Assembly: GCA_043228905.1 (NCBI GenBank)
Contig: JBHGNT010000002.1
Span: 26,598,001 to 26,662,000, forward strand
Source: Azolla caroliniana
Taxonomy: Eukaryota > Plantae > Polypodiophyta
DNA: 64,000 nt
Direction: 5' to 3'
Position numbers and translations under genes: made by a program. Numbering within the stretch: the first letter of the stretch is position 1; each line of letters begins with the position of its first letter. The notes beneath the pieces are model-generated. The model made no database searches and was not told the DNA's origin. It was given only the letters and a program-made list of their open reading frames with translations. This document shows positions 63,867 through 64,000 of this stretch, piece by piece.

Positions 63867-64000
63867 CCTATATAAGAGGCACACCATTAGTGTGGTTCAA
63901 ACTAGTGCTAGCAAAAAGATCATCATTGCTTGAGAACTTTGAAGATTTTACTAAAGAGTTCTAAGTGTGCTTTGAAGATAATAGATAGTGTTAGAATAGT

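Overview
Eukaryotic plant nuclear DNA, probably from a non-seed plant such as a fern or lycophyte (inferred from the TE content, not proven). About three quarters of the window is transposon-derived. Bases 1-29238 form a nested stack of LTR retrotransposons. An intact GC-rich Ty3/gypsy element (A, 10483-17495) sits in a sister element (B, minus). B sits in the 5' LTR of a Gag-only non-autonomous relative (C), C in the 3' UTR of a decayed relative (D), D in a copia 3' end (F), and F in the RT of another copia (E). The gypsy family is unusual: tRNA-Trp primer site, protease fused to Gag with a DHG active site, a predicted -1 frameshift (G GAT TTT plus stem-loop) between protease and RT, and 4-bp CpG-centred target duplications. 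The one clear host gene is an intronless GRAS transcription factor of LISCL/SCL14 type (37830-40016, minus). The rest holds decayed copia, gypsy and LINE fragments and PPR remnants. At about 53.7-58.6 kb a Sola-like DDD transposase pseudogene lies head-to-head with an unannotated spliced gene, with palindromic tandem repeats, CCAAT-containing repeats and a MITE in the shared region. Alignments and mismatch counts were done by eye and are approximate.
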